From NCBI GenBank assembly GCA_965223325.1, contig CBDCWI010000002.1:256001-320000 (forward strand): a stretch of DNA of 64,000 bases. The letters run 5' to 3'. The position numbers were made by a program, and so were the translations under genes. This document shows positions 23,464-33,047 of the stretch, one piece after another. Origin of the DNA: Candidatus Multivoradales bacterium. Its GTDB lineage: Bacteria; Acidobacteriota; Thermoanaerobaculia; Multivoradales; Multivoraceae. Position 1 is the first letter of the stretch, and each line of letters starts with the position of its first letter. The notes beneath the pieces were generated by a model. It was not told the DNA's origin, made no database searches, and saw nothing but the letters and a program-made list of their open reading frames with translations.

Positions 23464-24396
23464 ATGGAAGAGGTTAGGATTCGTGTGATGGCCGGTACTC
23501 GACCCGACGTACACCCCCGAGAGTGGGTGACCGTAGACTCCGCGGCCGCTCGTTGGCGGGGGGCGCTGGTGCGTACGGCTCGCCTCCTGTGCACGCTCTC
23601 TCTCGCCCTGTCTTCGCTGGCTGTTGGCCCCACGCACGGCCAGGACGTCATCCCGAGTGCCCCCTTCGAACCGACACCCGAAGCCCGCGAACGAGAGCAC
23701 CGGGCTCGCTTTCAGGATGACACCGAGACTTCCGAGGACGGTCCAGAGCGACCGCAGCTTTCTCTTCGCTCACAGGAGTTTCTTCGCCGCGACTGCTACA
23801 ACGCCCTCGGCCGTGAGGAGCTGACTCTTTTCGGCAACGGCACCGTGCGGCTGCGAGCCGGCTCGCCAGCCGGGGTGGGGGCGCTCGATGAGACCGCGCC
23901 GTTCAGCGAGAAAAGTACCGGGCAACTGGCGATGTGGCTTCACGAGCTGGGCCCGAGTGAGCGCGACGCCTTCGTCGCGCGCCTCCAGGAGATCGACCTC
24001 AGCGAGAGCGATGATGAGACATCTTCGGTCACTGGCTCGTGGGTCGAACGCTGCGAGCTTCACCTGGCGGTTCCCGAGCGCAAGCCGCGGAGCTTCTCAT
24101 ACCATCGTTACGATTCACTCAGTCTCGCGCTCCGGCGGGTGGTCGAGGTTGCCGAGAGCCTGCTCGGGTTGATCGAGCGGCACCAACCGTCGGAGACCGC
24201 CCAGCGCCTACCTTCCGGCTTCAGGGCCGAGGTTGGCGATCTTCTGACCCGGGCCGACGGCGAGCTGTTTCGCGTGCAGTTTCGCGCCTCCGGCGGTGCG
24301 AGCGTCGAGCTCCGGGGGGAGAACGTGCCAGTGACCCTCTACCTCCCCGAGAGTCAACTGCGCCAACAGTTCATCGCGGTGGAACGTAGACCCTGA
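23464..24396 (+). CDS. Hypothetical exported protein
   Basis: Long ORF in operon orientation with a signal-like hydrophobic segment; no recognised family. Confidence 0.6.
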   Translation: MEEVRIRVMAGTRPDVHPREWVTVDSAAARWRGALVRTARLLCTLSLALSSLAVGPTHGQDVIPSAPFEPTPEAREREHRARFQDDTETSEDGPERPQLSLRSQEFLRRDCYNALGREELTLFGNGTVRLRAGSPAGVGALDETAPFSEKSTGQLAMWLHELGPSERDAFVARLQEIDLSESDDETSSVTGSWVERCELHLAVPERKPRSFSYHRYDSLSLALRRVVEVAESLLGLIERHQPSETAQRLPSGFRAEVGDLLTRADGELFRVQFRASGGASVELRGENVPVTLYLPESQLRQQFIAVERRP

Positions 24397-24416
24397 GAGG
24401 AGGGTCGCGAGCCACA

Positions 24417-24983
24417 CTGCGCATTGCGGGTGGTCAGTGGAGGGGACGCCGCCTCAGCGCCCAGGCGCGTTCACGCCCCACACAGCAACGCCTGCGCGAA
24501 GCCTTGTTCTCGCGTTGGCGCGGCCGAGTCGAAGGAGCGCGGATGCTCGAGACGTTCGCCGGGAGTGGTGCCGTGTCGTTCGAAGCGTTGAGTCGCGGGG
24601 CGCACTCGCTGGTGCTCGTCGACGAGCGGCTGGAGACGGCGCGCGAGAACGCGCGGAGCCTCGGCGTCAAAGACTCTCGAGTGACGTTTCTCGAGATCGC
24701 CCTGCCGAGTCCCCTCGTTCTTCCTGGAGGAGGCGCCAGTTTCGACCTGGCGTTCGCCGATCCGCCTTACGGTTTCGAAGCGCTGGAGTCTGTCCTCACC
24801 CACATGGTGCCCTGGCTCGAGCACGACGCCGAACTCGCCCTCGAGCATCGTTTTGGCGAGGCCACCCCAGATCGCGCGACGAGCCACCTCGGGGACAGCG
24901 AAGCGGGTGTTTCGTCCACCTGGGAGCGCACTGAAACCCGCCGCTACGGCGACGCCGGCCTCAGCTTCTATCGACGGTCCTGA
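24417..24983 (+). CDS. rsmD: 16S rRNA m2G966 methyltransferase; probable CTG start
   Basis: The frame extends upstream as LRIAGGQWRGRRL...RPTQQRLREALF; FAGSGAVSFEALSRGA, FADPPY, RRYGD. Confidence 0.85.
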   Translation: MRIAGGQWRGRRLSAQARSRPTQQRLREALFSRWRGRVEGARMLETFAGSGAVSFEALSRGAHSLVLVDERLETARENARSLGVKDSRVTFLEIALPSPLVLPGGGASFDLAFADPPYGFEALESVLTHMVPWLEHDAELALEHRFGEATPDRATSHLGDSEAGVSSTWERTETRRYGDAGLSFYRRS

Positions 24984-25003
24984 GCAACAAGGTCGGAGGT
25001 TCG

Positions 25004-25639
25004 CTAGCGCTTCGAACCCTGGAGATGAAACGCCAGTTCTTCGAGGTGGATGCGCATATCGACGTTGCGTAGCTGGACTGTGCCTTCGGCACGAAGTGGC
25101 CGCGGCGCGAAGTTGAGGATCGAGGTCACACCGGCGGCCACCAGAGCCTCGAGGGCTTTCTGGGCCGCCTCGGCAGGGACGGCAATGACGCCGATATCGG
25201 CTCCGGTTTCTTCGACCACACCAGCGAGAGCGCTCGCCGCCTGAACGATCACTCCTGCAATCTCGAGTCCCACCCGCCGAGGATCATCGTCGACGCCGGC
25301 GACCACCTCGAAGCTCACGTCATTGAAACCGAAGTAGCCCGCCAGGGCGCTGCCGAGATTGCCCATGCCGACGATGACCAGGCGATGCCGCACGTCGAGG
25401 CCGAGAAGTCCGTGCAGGCGTTTCGCCAGGTCATCGATGCGATAGCCGACGCCGCGAACCCCGAACTCGCCAAAGTGGGCCAGGTCCTTTCGAATCTGTG
25501 ACGACGAGAGATGAAAACGCTCGGCCAGAGCGCCAGATGAAATGGTCTTCTTGTCCTCCGCCTGTAGGGTCCGCAAACAGCGCAGGTATACCGAGAGCCG
25601 GTTCAGGGTGAGCGGCGAGATGTCAGTTGGCGAACTCAT
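25004..25639 (-). CDS. rex: Redox-sensing transcriptional repressor
   Basis: TLNRLSVYLRCL, QIRKDLAHFGEFGVRGVGY, VGMGNLG, ILNFAP. Confidence 0.95.
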   Translation of the reverse strand: MSSPTDISPLTLNRLSVYLRCLRTLQAEDKKTISSGALAERFHLSSSQIRKDLAHFGEFGVRGVGYRIDDLAKRLHGLLGLDVRHRLVIVGMGNLGSALAGYFGFNDVSFEVVAGVDDDPRRVGLEIAGVIVQAASALAGVVEETGADIGVIAVPAEAAQKALEALVAAGVTSILNFAPRPLRAEGTVQLRNVDMRIHLEELAFHLQGSKR

Positions 25640-25870
25640 TCCGGGGTGCGCGCTGCCAGGTCGCAGCGAGACTCTCGCCAGAACACCTGCGACCACGATG
25701 CCACAAGCCGGCGAAAGCACGATACTCTGCTGAGCGTGACAAGAAGACAAGGGGCGATCAACCACCGCGTGACCTGGCGCCGGAAGCGTCGCCCAGTCGC
25801 TGGGCCGCTCTCGGCACCGTCGCCTCGGCAGTACCGCCGTTCTTCGCTCGGGCCTCCGGCCCAGTCCCCG

Positions 25871-25930
25871 CTCCGGAAGGAGCGACTCTAGAAGGCCAAA
25901 CTCTAGAAGGCCCGACTCTGGAAGGGAGCG
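25871..25930. repeat. Four imperfect 15-bp tandem repeats
   Basis: CTCCGGAAGGAGCGA / CTCTAGAAGGCCAAA / CTCTAGAAGGCCCGA / CTCTGGAAGGGAGCG. Confidence 0.6.
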
Positions 25931-26018
25931 TGTCCCGCCGCAATCTGCCGGGGGCTGCCTCCCGGGAGGGTTGAGACCCCAGAAAGAGCCAAGAGTCGGA
26001 ATCGGAGCCAGAACCGGC

Positions 26019-26105
26019 TGGTGCGAAAGGGGGGACTCGAACCCCCACGGTATTGCTACCACAGGCTTCTGAGGCCTGCGCGTCTACCAATTCCGCCACT
26101 TTCGC
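26019..26105 (-). tRNA. tRNA-Leu(CAG)
   Basis: GCGAAAGTGGCGGAATTGGTAGACGCG...CAGGC-CTCAGAA-GCCTG, long variable arm, GGTTCGAGTCC, CCA end. Confidence 0.97.
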
Positions 26106-26144
26106 GTCGCGATGAGCGGCGATCATAGGAAGAGAAAGAAGACT

Positions 26145-28439
26145 GTGTCAACGAAGGACAACTCGAATCGCCTCTCCGAGGCTCTCCTCTCCGCCCTGCG
26201 TGCCGCCGGCGCGAGTGGAGCGCCAGCGACCGAGATCGGCCAGGACCTGGCCGAAAGAGGTCTACGGGGACACTCGGTTCCCGACCTTCGCCTGGAGCTG
26301 TTGGCTCTCCAACGGGCCGGCCTGGCGGTCGAATGGGCACGACGCTGGTATCTGGTGGATGCCAGCGAGTGGCGGGTCGGGGTCGTTTCTGGGGCTTCGG
26401 ACGGCACTCTCCTGGTCCGCGGCCGTGGCCGTGACGGGCGGGTGTATCGGGTCCAGGAGCAGAACGCCAGGGGAGCCCGACGCAACGACCGGGTGCTCCT
26501 CAAACGTGTTCGCAAGCGCTCGCGTGCTGCCGAACCCGAAGCCTCTGTGGTGCGAATCCTCGATCGCCGCTCGCCCGGTCTGGTCGGCATGGTGGAGGAG
26601 GGTGAGCGAGGACGTTCTCGGCTGATCGGCTTCGAGCGCTTCGATCACGGCGAGGTCGAGCTCGAAGGCGAGGTCCCGGCCGCAGGGACGTGGGTCCTCG
26701 CCGAGCTCGACGAAGGGCGGGGAAGTGGCCGGCGCCGGGCACGGGTCACGAAAGTCTTTGGCCCGTCGAGCGAACCGGGGGTCGACCTGGATGTGGTGCT
26801 GGCGCACTACGGCATTCCGGACGAGTTTCCCACCGAAGTCACCGCCGCTGCCTCGAGACTTCCCGCAGATCCCGACCCGCTCGACTACTCCGAGCGGGAG
26901 GATCTACGTCAAGAGGTGCTGGTGACCATCGACGGCGAAACCGCGCGCGACTTCGACGACGCCATCTCGGTCAAGCGCAAGGGATCGGGCTTCGAGCTCG
27001 GCGTGCACATCGCCGACGTGGCCGAGTACGTCAAGGACGGTAGCGCGATCGATCGCGAAGCGCTCGAGCGCGGCACCAGCGTCTATTTCACGGATCGCGC
27101 GGTTCCCATGCTTCCTGAAGATTTGTCCAACGGCCTGTGCTCGCTACGCCCGTCGGTACCGCGTCTGGCGCTGTCGGCGTTTCTCGACATCGATACCGAC
27201 GGTCGCATTACGGCGGTGCGCTTCGCCGAGACGCTCATCGAGAGCCGCGCCCGGTTGACCTACACCCAGGTCAACGATTGGTTGGCGGGTGATGATGGCG
27301 CCCTCGTTGCCGACGATGCGGTACGGGCGATGCTGCGCGATGCCGCTTCGTTGTACGAGGTGTTCGCAGAGGACCGCCAGTACCGCGGCACCCTTGATTT
27401 CGATTTGCCGAGTGGCCGCATCGTGTTGGACGACAGCGGCGTTCCGGTCGACATCGAGGCGCAGGAGCGCGGCATCTCCCACCGCATGATCGAGGAGTTC
27501 ATGATCGCTGCCAACGAAGCCGTGGCAACGACGCTGGTCAGCGAGAAGATCCCGGGCCTCTTCCGGGCCCACGAATCACCCAGCGCCTTGCGCATCACTG
27601 AACTCCTCGGCGTCCTCCGAAGTCTCGGCCTCGAACTACCCGGCGGCGGCCAGGAGGAGGTGGCTGTGACACCCCTGCCGCTCCAGGAACTCTTGTCTTC
27701 AGTCAGCGGCGCGAGCGAGGAGCGCCTGGTCTCGATGTTGGTTCTGCGTACCATGGACCGCGCCCGCTACGACCCCGAGAACCACGGGCACTACGCCCTG
27801 GCCCTCGACGCATACTCCCACTTCACCTCGCCGATTCGGCGCTACCCAGACCTGTTCGTGCACCGGCAACTCAAGGCCTGGCTCAACCGACAGCCGACTG
27901 ACGTTTCGCGCATGCGCCTTCAGCACCTCGCCGAGGTCACCAGTGAAAAGGAGCAGCGCGCTGAGCAGGCCGAACGCCAGTTGCTGCAGTGGAAGAAGGT
28001 TCGCGTGCTGGAGGCACGCATCGGCGAAGTGATGGAAGGTCACATCACCGGAGTGCAGCCCTTTGGGCTCTTCGTCCAGCTCGATGAATGGTTGGCCGAC
28101 GGCCTGGTCCCCATCGCTACGCTGCGTGACGACTACTACGTCTTCGATTCCGCCGGCCACCTCCTCACCGGCGAGCGGAGTGGGCGGTGCTTTCGCCTCG
28201 CCGACGCGGTGACCGTGCGTCTCGTAGGAACCAGCGAGCGCCATCGCGGTCTCGATCTCGAGGTCGAAGACATGCCCCGGGAACCGACCTTCCGTGCGCG
28301 CAGTCGAAAGAGAGGTGCCGGTAACGACCGCGGGCAGCGGTCGAAGCGCCTGGATCGACGTGGCGACAGCCGCGCCGGCGAAAACGGCGCAGCCGCTGAG
28401 CGAATCGGCTGCCATACTACGAAGACACCGAAGCTCTGA
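26145..28439 (+). CDS. rnr: Ribonuclease R (RNB family)
   Basis: TIDGETARDFDDA, IEEFMIAANE, HFTSPIRRYPDL, C-terminal S1 domain and basic tail; start approximate. Confidence 0.93.
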   Translation: MSTKDNSNRLSEALLSALRAAGASGAPATEIGQDLAERGLRGHSVPDLRLELLALQRAGLAVEWARRWYLVDASEWRVGVVSGASDGTLLVRGRGRDGRVYRVQEQNARGARRNDRVLLKRVRKRSRAAEPEASVVRILDRRSPGLVGMVEEGERGRSRLIGFERFDHGEVELEGEVPAAGTWVLAELDEGRGSGRRRARVTKVFGPSSEPGVDLDVVLAHYGIPDEFPTEVTAAASRLPADPDPLDYSEREDLRQEVLVTIDGETARDFDDAISVKRKGSGFELGVHIADVAEYVKDGSAIDREALERGTSVYFTDRAVPMLPEDLSNGLCSLRPSVPRLALSAFLDIDTDGRITAVRFAETLIESRARLTYTQVNDWLAGDDGALVADDAVRAMLRDAASLYEVFAEDRQYRGTLDFDLPSGRIVLDDSGVPVDIEAQERGISHRMIEEFMIAANEAVATTLVSEKIPGLFRAHESPSALRITELLGVLRSLGLELPGGGQEEVAVTPLPLQELLSSVSGASEERLVSMLVLRTMDRARYDPENHGHYALALDAYSHFTSPIRRYPDLFVHRQLKAWLNRQPTDVSRMRLQHLAEVTSEKEQRAEQAERQLLQWKKVRVLEARIGEVMEGHITGVQPFGLFVQLDEWLADGLVPIATLRDDYYVFDSAGHLLTGERSGRCFRLADAVTVRLVGTSERHRGLDLEVEDMPREPTFRARSRKRGAGNDRGQRSKRLDRRGDSRAGENGAAAERIGCHTTKTPKL

Positions 28440-28497
28440 AGCACTCTGAAGCACCGCACCTCTCTTGCCGCCGCGCACCCCCATGCGATACCTCGAA

Positions 28498-29052
28498 ATG
28501 AACCGAATCACTGCACAGACTGCATCCACTGCGCGCTCTGCACACAGAAGAACCAACGCCGCCGGCCGGTTCGTCGTGGGCAGGGTAGTGCTCGTCGCTC
28601 TCCTGGTCGTCAGCCTGTCTGCATGCGGCGGCGGGAACAATCCTGACCCCGACCCACTCGAACGCGAGCGGATCGAGGCCGTTCTTGCGTCCTATCTCGA
28701 TGGCATGGCAGCGGCCTACGCAAGTGGCGACACGTCCCAGCTCGAAGGCATCGCAGCCCCCAAAGAGATCGCGATCCTGCAGAAGAAGATCGGCGACCTG
28801 ATGGCGCAGGAGAATCGCTACATCGAAGCGACCCTCGAGGACTTCGTCATCGAGAAGATCCTGATTTCGAACTACTCGAACGCCTACGTGACAACTCTCG
28901 AGACCTGGGACTTCCGCGTCCTGGCAAGCGGTAGCGACGTGGTGACGTCAGAGGTCGACGATCAGCGGCAGCGCGTCAAGTACCAGATGGGGCGCACCGG
29001 CGACTCGTGGCAGGTGCTCTACCGCCTGATCGAAACCACCTTCGATGACTGA
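28498..29052 (+). CDS. Hypothetical lipoprotein
   Basis: Hydrophobic segment ending in the lipobox LSAC; start approximate. Confidence 0.65.
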   Translation: MNRITAQTASTARSAHRRTNAAGRFVVGRVVLVALLVVSLSACGGGNNPDPDPLERERIEAVLASYLDGMAAAYASGDTSQLEGIAAPKEIAILQKKIGDLMAQENRYIEATLEDFVIEKILISNYSNAYVTTLETWDFRVLASGSDVVTSEVDDQRQRVKYQMGRTGDSWQVLYRLIETTFDD

Positions 29053-29120
29053 CAGGCTCAGCTTGATCTCGGCTGGTGCCCACGACGTGCCAACGCTGAT
29101 CCAGAGCGCTCTTTTCTCCC

Positions 29121-30473
29121 ATGCAAGCAACGGTAGCCATCGTCGGACGGCCGAACGTCGGTAAGTCGACTCTCTTCAATCGCCTGGTTGGCCGACGCCA
29201 GGCGATCGTGCACGATCAGCCTGGGGTCACCCGGGACCGAGTCGTTGGCAGTCTCGAGCTCGCCGACGAGCGTCATGTCGAGCTCATCGACACCGGCGGG
29301 CTGGTACCGGGCGACGATCCGATCGGGCTCAACGCCCAGGTTCGGCTGGCGGTGGAGGAGTCGGACCTCCTGGTCATGGTGGTCGACGGTCGGGAGGGTC
29401 TGGTGCCCGGCGATCAAGAGGTCTGGCATGAGCTCCGGCGCTACGGCAAGCCGGCGCTCCTGGCGGTCAACAAGGGCGACACGCGGGCTGCTCAGGAAGG
29501 CTTCGAGGAGTTCTACCAGCTCGGCGTAGGCCAGCAGGTCCTGGTCTCGGCCGAGCATGGTCGAGGAGTGGGTGACCTCCTCGACCTGGTCGCCGAGGAG
29601 CTGAACGCGGTCCTTGGCGAGCCCGGTGCATCGACCGATCGCTCCACGACCACCCCGGCACTGGCGATCGTAGGAAGGCCGAATGTCGGCAAAAGCTCGA
29701 TTCTCAACCGGCTGGTCAGGGCTCCACGGTCACTGGTTTCACCGGTTGCTGGAACGACCCGCGATCCGGTCGACACACTGCTCGAACGCGACGGAGAGCG
29801 TGATTGGATGCTGGTCGATACCGCGGGCATCCGCCGACGCAGCCAGGTCAGCGGCGCAGCCGAAGACCTGGCGGTGATGATGGCCAAGCGCCAGATCGAT
29901 CGGGCCGACGTCGTTGTGCTGGTGGTCGACGCCTCGTCTGGGATCACCAGCAGCGACCTGGCCATTGCGGGTGCGATCTGGGAGGCCGGGCGCTCGGCCG
30001 TGATCGCGGTCAACAAGTGGGACCTGCTCAAACCTCCGGCCGAGGAAGACGCGATCGAGTCCGAGAACAGTCAGCGCAACGAGCTCGAAGACAGCTGGGA
30101 ACGTCTCGAGGAGATCCTCTACAAGCCGCCGCGAGTCAATGTCTCCGCGCTCACCGGGCGCGGGCTCGAGAAGCTCCTCCCGGCGGCCGATCAGGTCTAC
30201 CGGAACCATCGCACCGAGCTCGGTACCTCGGAGGTCAACCGCCTGTTCGAGGAGGCCGTTGCGCGCAACCAGGCTCCCGCCTACAAGGGGCGCCCCTGGA
30301 ACCTCCTCTATGCCACCCAGGTCTCGACCGGGCCTCCCACCTTCATGGTGTTCGCCAGCCGCACCCTGCCGCGCCAGAACTCCTACCGGCGTTATCTCGA
30401 AAACCAGCTGCGCAGTCGTCTCGGTCTCCCTGGAGTGCCGATCCGGCTGGTCATCAGGGCCCGCCAGCGCTAG
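29121..30473 (+). CDS. der: Ribosome biogenesis GTPase Der/EngA
   Basis: Two GRPNVGKS GTPase domains, DTGG/DTAG, NKxD, KH-like C-terminus. Confidence 0.97.
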   Translation: MQATVAIVGRPNVGKSTLFNRLVGRRQAIVHDQPGVTRDRVVGSLELADERHVELIDTGGLVPGDDPIGLNAQVRLAVEESDLLVMVVDGREGLVPGDQEVWHELRRYGKPALLAVNKGDTRAAQEGFEEFYQLGVGQQVLVSAEHGRGVGDLLDLVAEELNAVLGEPGASTDRSTTTPALAIVGRPNVGKSSILNRLVRAPRSLVSPVAGTTRDPVDTLLERDGERDWMLVDTAGIRRRSQVSGAAEDLAVMMAKRQIDRADVVVLVVDASSGITSSDLAIAGAIWEAGRSAVIAVNKWDLLKPPAEEDAIESENSQRNELEDSWERLEEILYKPPRVNVSALTGRGLEKLLPAADQVYRNHRTELGTSEVNRLFEEAVARNQAPAYKGRPWNLLYATQVSTGPPTFMVFASRTLPRQNSYRRYLENQLRSRLGLPGVPIRLVIRARQR

Positions 30474-30488
30474 GCCGAGTGAGGTTGA

Positions 30489-30518
30489 TGGTCGGCCCAA
30501 GTGGACAGATTTTGAACC
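30489..30518. other. Left attachment site (core TGGTCGGC plus TTTGAACC arm)
   Basis: TGGTCGGC-N14-TTTGAACC here versus TGGTCGGC-N9-TTTGAACC in the tRNA-Pro copy. Confidence 0.8.
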
Positions 30519-30575
30519 GGTCGCCTTCCTTAAATCAATCGATCGGCTCCGCAGGGACCTGCAGGGAGCCGCCGC

Positions 30576-31526
30576 GTGAGCGCCGCGGGGCAGGCTCCTG
30601 GGCGGCCGGACCACGCGCCGAAACCGGCCCGGCCGCCCAAGGCGTCACAGTTTCATCCAACAAGTGTTGAGAAGCAGCCTCGTCCCCTCGGGCACCTCAT
30701 CAGCCAGGCGCTCCTCCTCGACCAAGAGGACACCTACGCCGCCGGCGAGGTCGGATTCCTCGCGCGAGCACTCGTCCAGGCGACGCTCCCCCACAGCGAC
30801 CCGAAGAGCAACGAGTTCGTTCGCCACAACGGTCACTTCTCCCTCTCGATCCTCGCCCCCAAGGGAGTCGGCCTTCCGTACGGCCGGTACCCCCGGCTCG
30901 TACTCGCCTACCTCAACACCGAGGCGGTGAAGCGGAAGACGCGGCACATCGAGCTCGATCACCACTTCTCGCACTTCTGCGCCGCCCTCGGGATCCCGCC
31001 GACGACCGGACCTCGAGGCTCGCTGCCGATGCTCCGAGAGCAGATGCAGCGGCTCTTCGCTTCGACCTTCCAGTGCGTCTTCCATGACGAGGAGAAAGGG
31101 CGCCACGCAGGCGAAGGCTTCCTGATCGCCGAGAAGAGGGCGCTCTGGTGGGACCCTCGACGCGATAGTGGCGACGCGTCGTGGGGATCGCACGTCGTGC
31201 TCTCGGAGCGCTTCTACCGGGAGGCCACCGAAACGCCAGTGCCGCTGGACCTCCGAGTCCTCCGCGCCCTTCGCTCTCCGTTCGAGATCGACATCTACGT
31301 TTGGCTGACGTGGCGCTTCTTCCGCCTCCGGAAGCCGGTAACGATTCCCTGGGCGTCGCTTCAGCTCCAGTTCGGTTGTTCGTACAAGAACCCTCGACAC
31401 TTCAAGCGGCGGTTTCTCCTGTACCTGAAGAGCGTGACCAGATACTACCCAGCTATCCGGTTGAACAGCGCAGAAAGCGGCCTGATGCTCATGCCGTCTC
31501 CCAGTCATGTGTCACCGAGGAAATGA
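30576..31526 (+). CDS. repA: Plasmid replication initiator RepA (RepA_C / IncW-like family)
   Basis: GFLARALVQATLPHSDP, GLPYGRYPRLVLAYLNTEAV, PVPLDLRVLRAL, DIYVWLTWR, IPWASLQLQFG. Confidence 0.88.
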   Translation: MSAAGQAPGRPDHAPKPARPPKASQFHPTSVEKQPRPLGHLISQALLLDQEDTYAAGEVGFLARALVQATLPHSDPKSNEFVRHNGHFSLSILAPKGVGLPYGRYPRLVLAYLNTEAVKRKTRHIELDHHFSHFCAALGIPPTTGPRGSLPMLREQMQRLFASTFQCVFHDEEKGRHAGEGFLIAEKRALWWDPRRDSGDASWGSHVVLSERFYREATETPVPLDLRVLRALRSPFEIDIYVWLTWRFFRLRKPVTIPWASLQLQFGCSYKNPRHFKRRFLLYLKSVTRYYPAIRLNSAESGLMLMPSPSHVSPRK

Positions 31527-31797
31527 CCGATGAAACTGTGACGGCTTGGCCGACTCCAGATCCACCCGGACTCGCCTCGACGAGATCGAGAGAGCTAGAA
31601 TCTCAACATGACCGGAAAGGACATCACCTTGGAATCGGGAGCCAAGCCCAAGAAGCGACTCGTCTTCACTGATACGGGTAGCCTCTATGTTCTCGACCGT
31701 GTGTTGGGCACCTGGACAGACGTTCGGGATCTGATTCTGTCGGCCTGGGTTTTCGTTGGACACATGACCCGAGCTAAGTTCGGGTTGGAGGTGTCGA

Positions 31798-32145
31798 ATG
31801 TCGAAGACGAAACGAAGAGCTCCGAAGACGAAGGGCCGTTGGTCCGCAAAGCGCAAGGCCTCTGTGGTCCTGCGTCTTCTTCGCGGCGAGTCGCTTGACG
31901 AGGTGTCGCGCGAGACCGGCCTGACGGTGGCTCGTCTGAGCGAGTGGCGCGAGTCCTTCCTGAGCGCAGGTGAGGAGGGCTTGAAAGCCCGTACCGAGGA
32001 TCCGGTGGTCGAGTCTCTTGTCGAGGACAAGCGGCGGCTGCAGGCGAAGATCGGTGAACTGACGATGGATCAGGAGCTTCTGTTCGAGAAGATCCATCGC
32101 TTGGAGGGCGAGAAGCCTTTTCTTGGATGGAGGTCGAGGAAGTGA
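31798..32145 (+). CDS. IS3-family transposase OrfA (HTH)
   Basis: RWSAKRKASVVLRLLRGESLDEVSRETG...LQAKIGELTM. Confidence 0.88.
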   Translation: MSKTKRRAPKTKGRWSAKRKASVVLRLLRGESLDEVSRETGLTVARLSEWRESFLSAGEEGLKARTEDPVVESLVEDKRRLQAKIGELTMDQELLFEKIHRLEGEKPFLGWRSRK

Positions 32146-33047
32146 GTGCCGCACCCTCTCCCTCCACAGGAATCCGCTACGGCATATCACGGGTCTGTCG
32201 TCTCTGGGAGGTTGCCCGGTCTGGCTTCTACGCCGCGCGCAAGCGCCGCGAGTCTTGCGGGATCGAGAAGCGCAAGACCGGCCCGAAGACGGCGGTCTCG
32301 GATCAGGAGCTGGTGGCCATGATCCAAGAGGTCGTGCGCGAGCTCGAGCAGGAGACCGGCTTGCGTGGCGAAGGGCATCGCAAGGTGAGGGCTCGCCTGA
32401 GGGCACGCGACGTCCACGTGGGTCGAGAGCGAGTGCTACGCCTGATGCGCGAGAACTCGCTTCTTGCACCTACTCGCGTGGGTCGCGAGCGTGGCCCTCG
32501 GGTCCACGACGGGACGATCACGATGCCAGAGCCCGATCTGATGTGGGGCACCGACGCAACGATGACCTGGACGAGAGAGGAAGGCCTGGCCTGGATCTTC
32601 GTCGCCGTGGATCACTGCACCAGCGAGTGCATCGGGATCCACGCCTCGAGGTCGGGGAATCGCTTCGAGGCTCTCGAGCCTGTGCGCCAGGGCGTTCGTG
32701 AGCACTTCGGCGAGCCCGATCAGGGCGTCGCGCTGGGCCTGGGCCTGCGCCACGACTGGGGCAGCGCGTACGCCAGCCGAGACTTCCAGCAGGAGATCGA
32801 CTTTCTGGGCATCTGCTCGTCGCCGAGCTTCGTGCGGGCTCCGGAAGGCAACGGTGTCGCCGAGCGCTTCATCCGAACCCTGAAGGAGCAGCTGCTCTGG
32901 GTGAAGAGATTCGACACCGTCGAAGACCTGCGTCTCGCGTTGCTCGACTTCAAGGCGAAGTACAACCAGAACTGGCTGGTCGAGAAGCACGGCTACCTGA
33001 CGCCCGCTCAGATCCGTTCAGAGTGGAAGCTCTCAAAGGCCGCCTGA
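32142..33047 (+). CDS. IS3-family transposase OrfB (DDE)
   Basis: WGTDAT, HDWGSAY, GNGVAERFIRTLKEQ; in the -1 frame relative to orfA with a GTGA overlap. Confidence 0.92.
   Translation: MSAAPSPSTGIRYGISRVCRLWEVARSGFYAARKRRESCGIEKRKTGPKTAVSDQELVAMIQEVVRELEQETGLRGEGHRKVRARLRARDVHVGRERVLRLMRENSLLAPTRVGRERGPRVHDGTITMPEPDLMWGTDATMTWTREEGLAWIFVAVDHCTSECIGIHASRSGNRFEALEPVRQGVREHFGEPDQGVALGLGLRHDWGSAYASRDFQQEIDFLGICSSPSFVRAPEGNGVAERFIRTLKEQLLWVKRFDTVEDLRLALLDFKAKYNQNWLVEKHGYLTPAQIRSEWKLSKAA

Noticed and set aside
30139-30579. Independent 146-aa gene overlapping der
   Set aside because: Most of it is an off-frame shadow of der; only the last 27 codons are meaningful, as the attP-form tail of the integrase.
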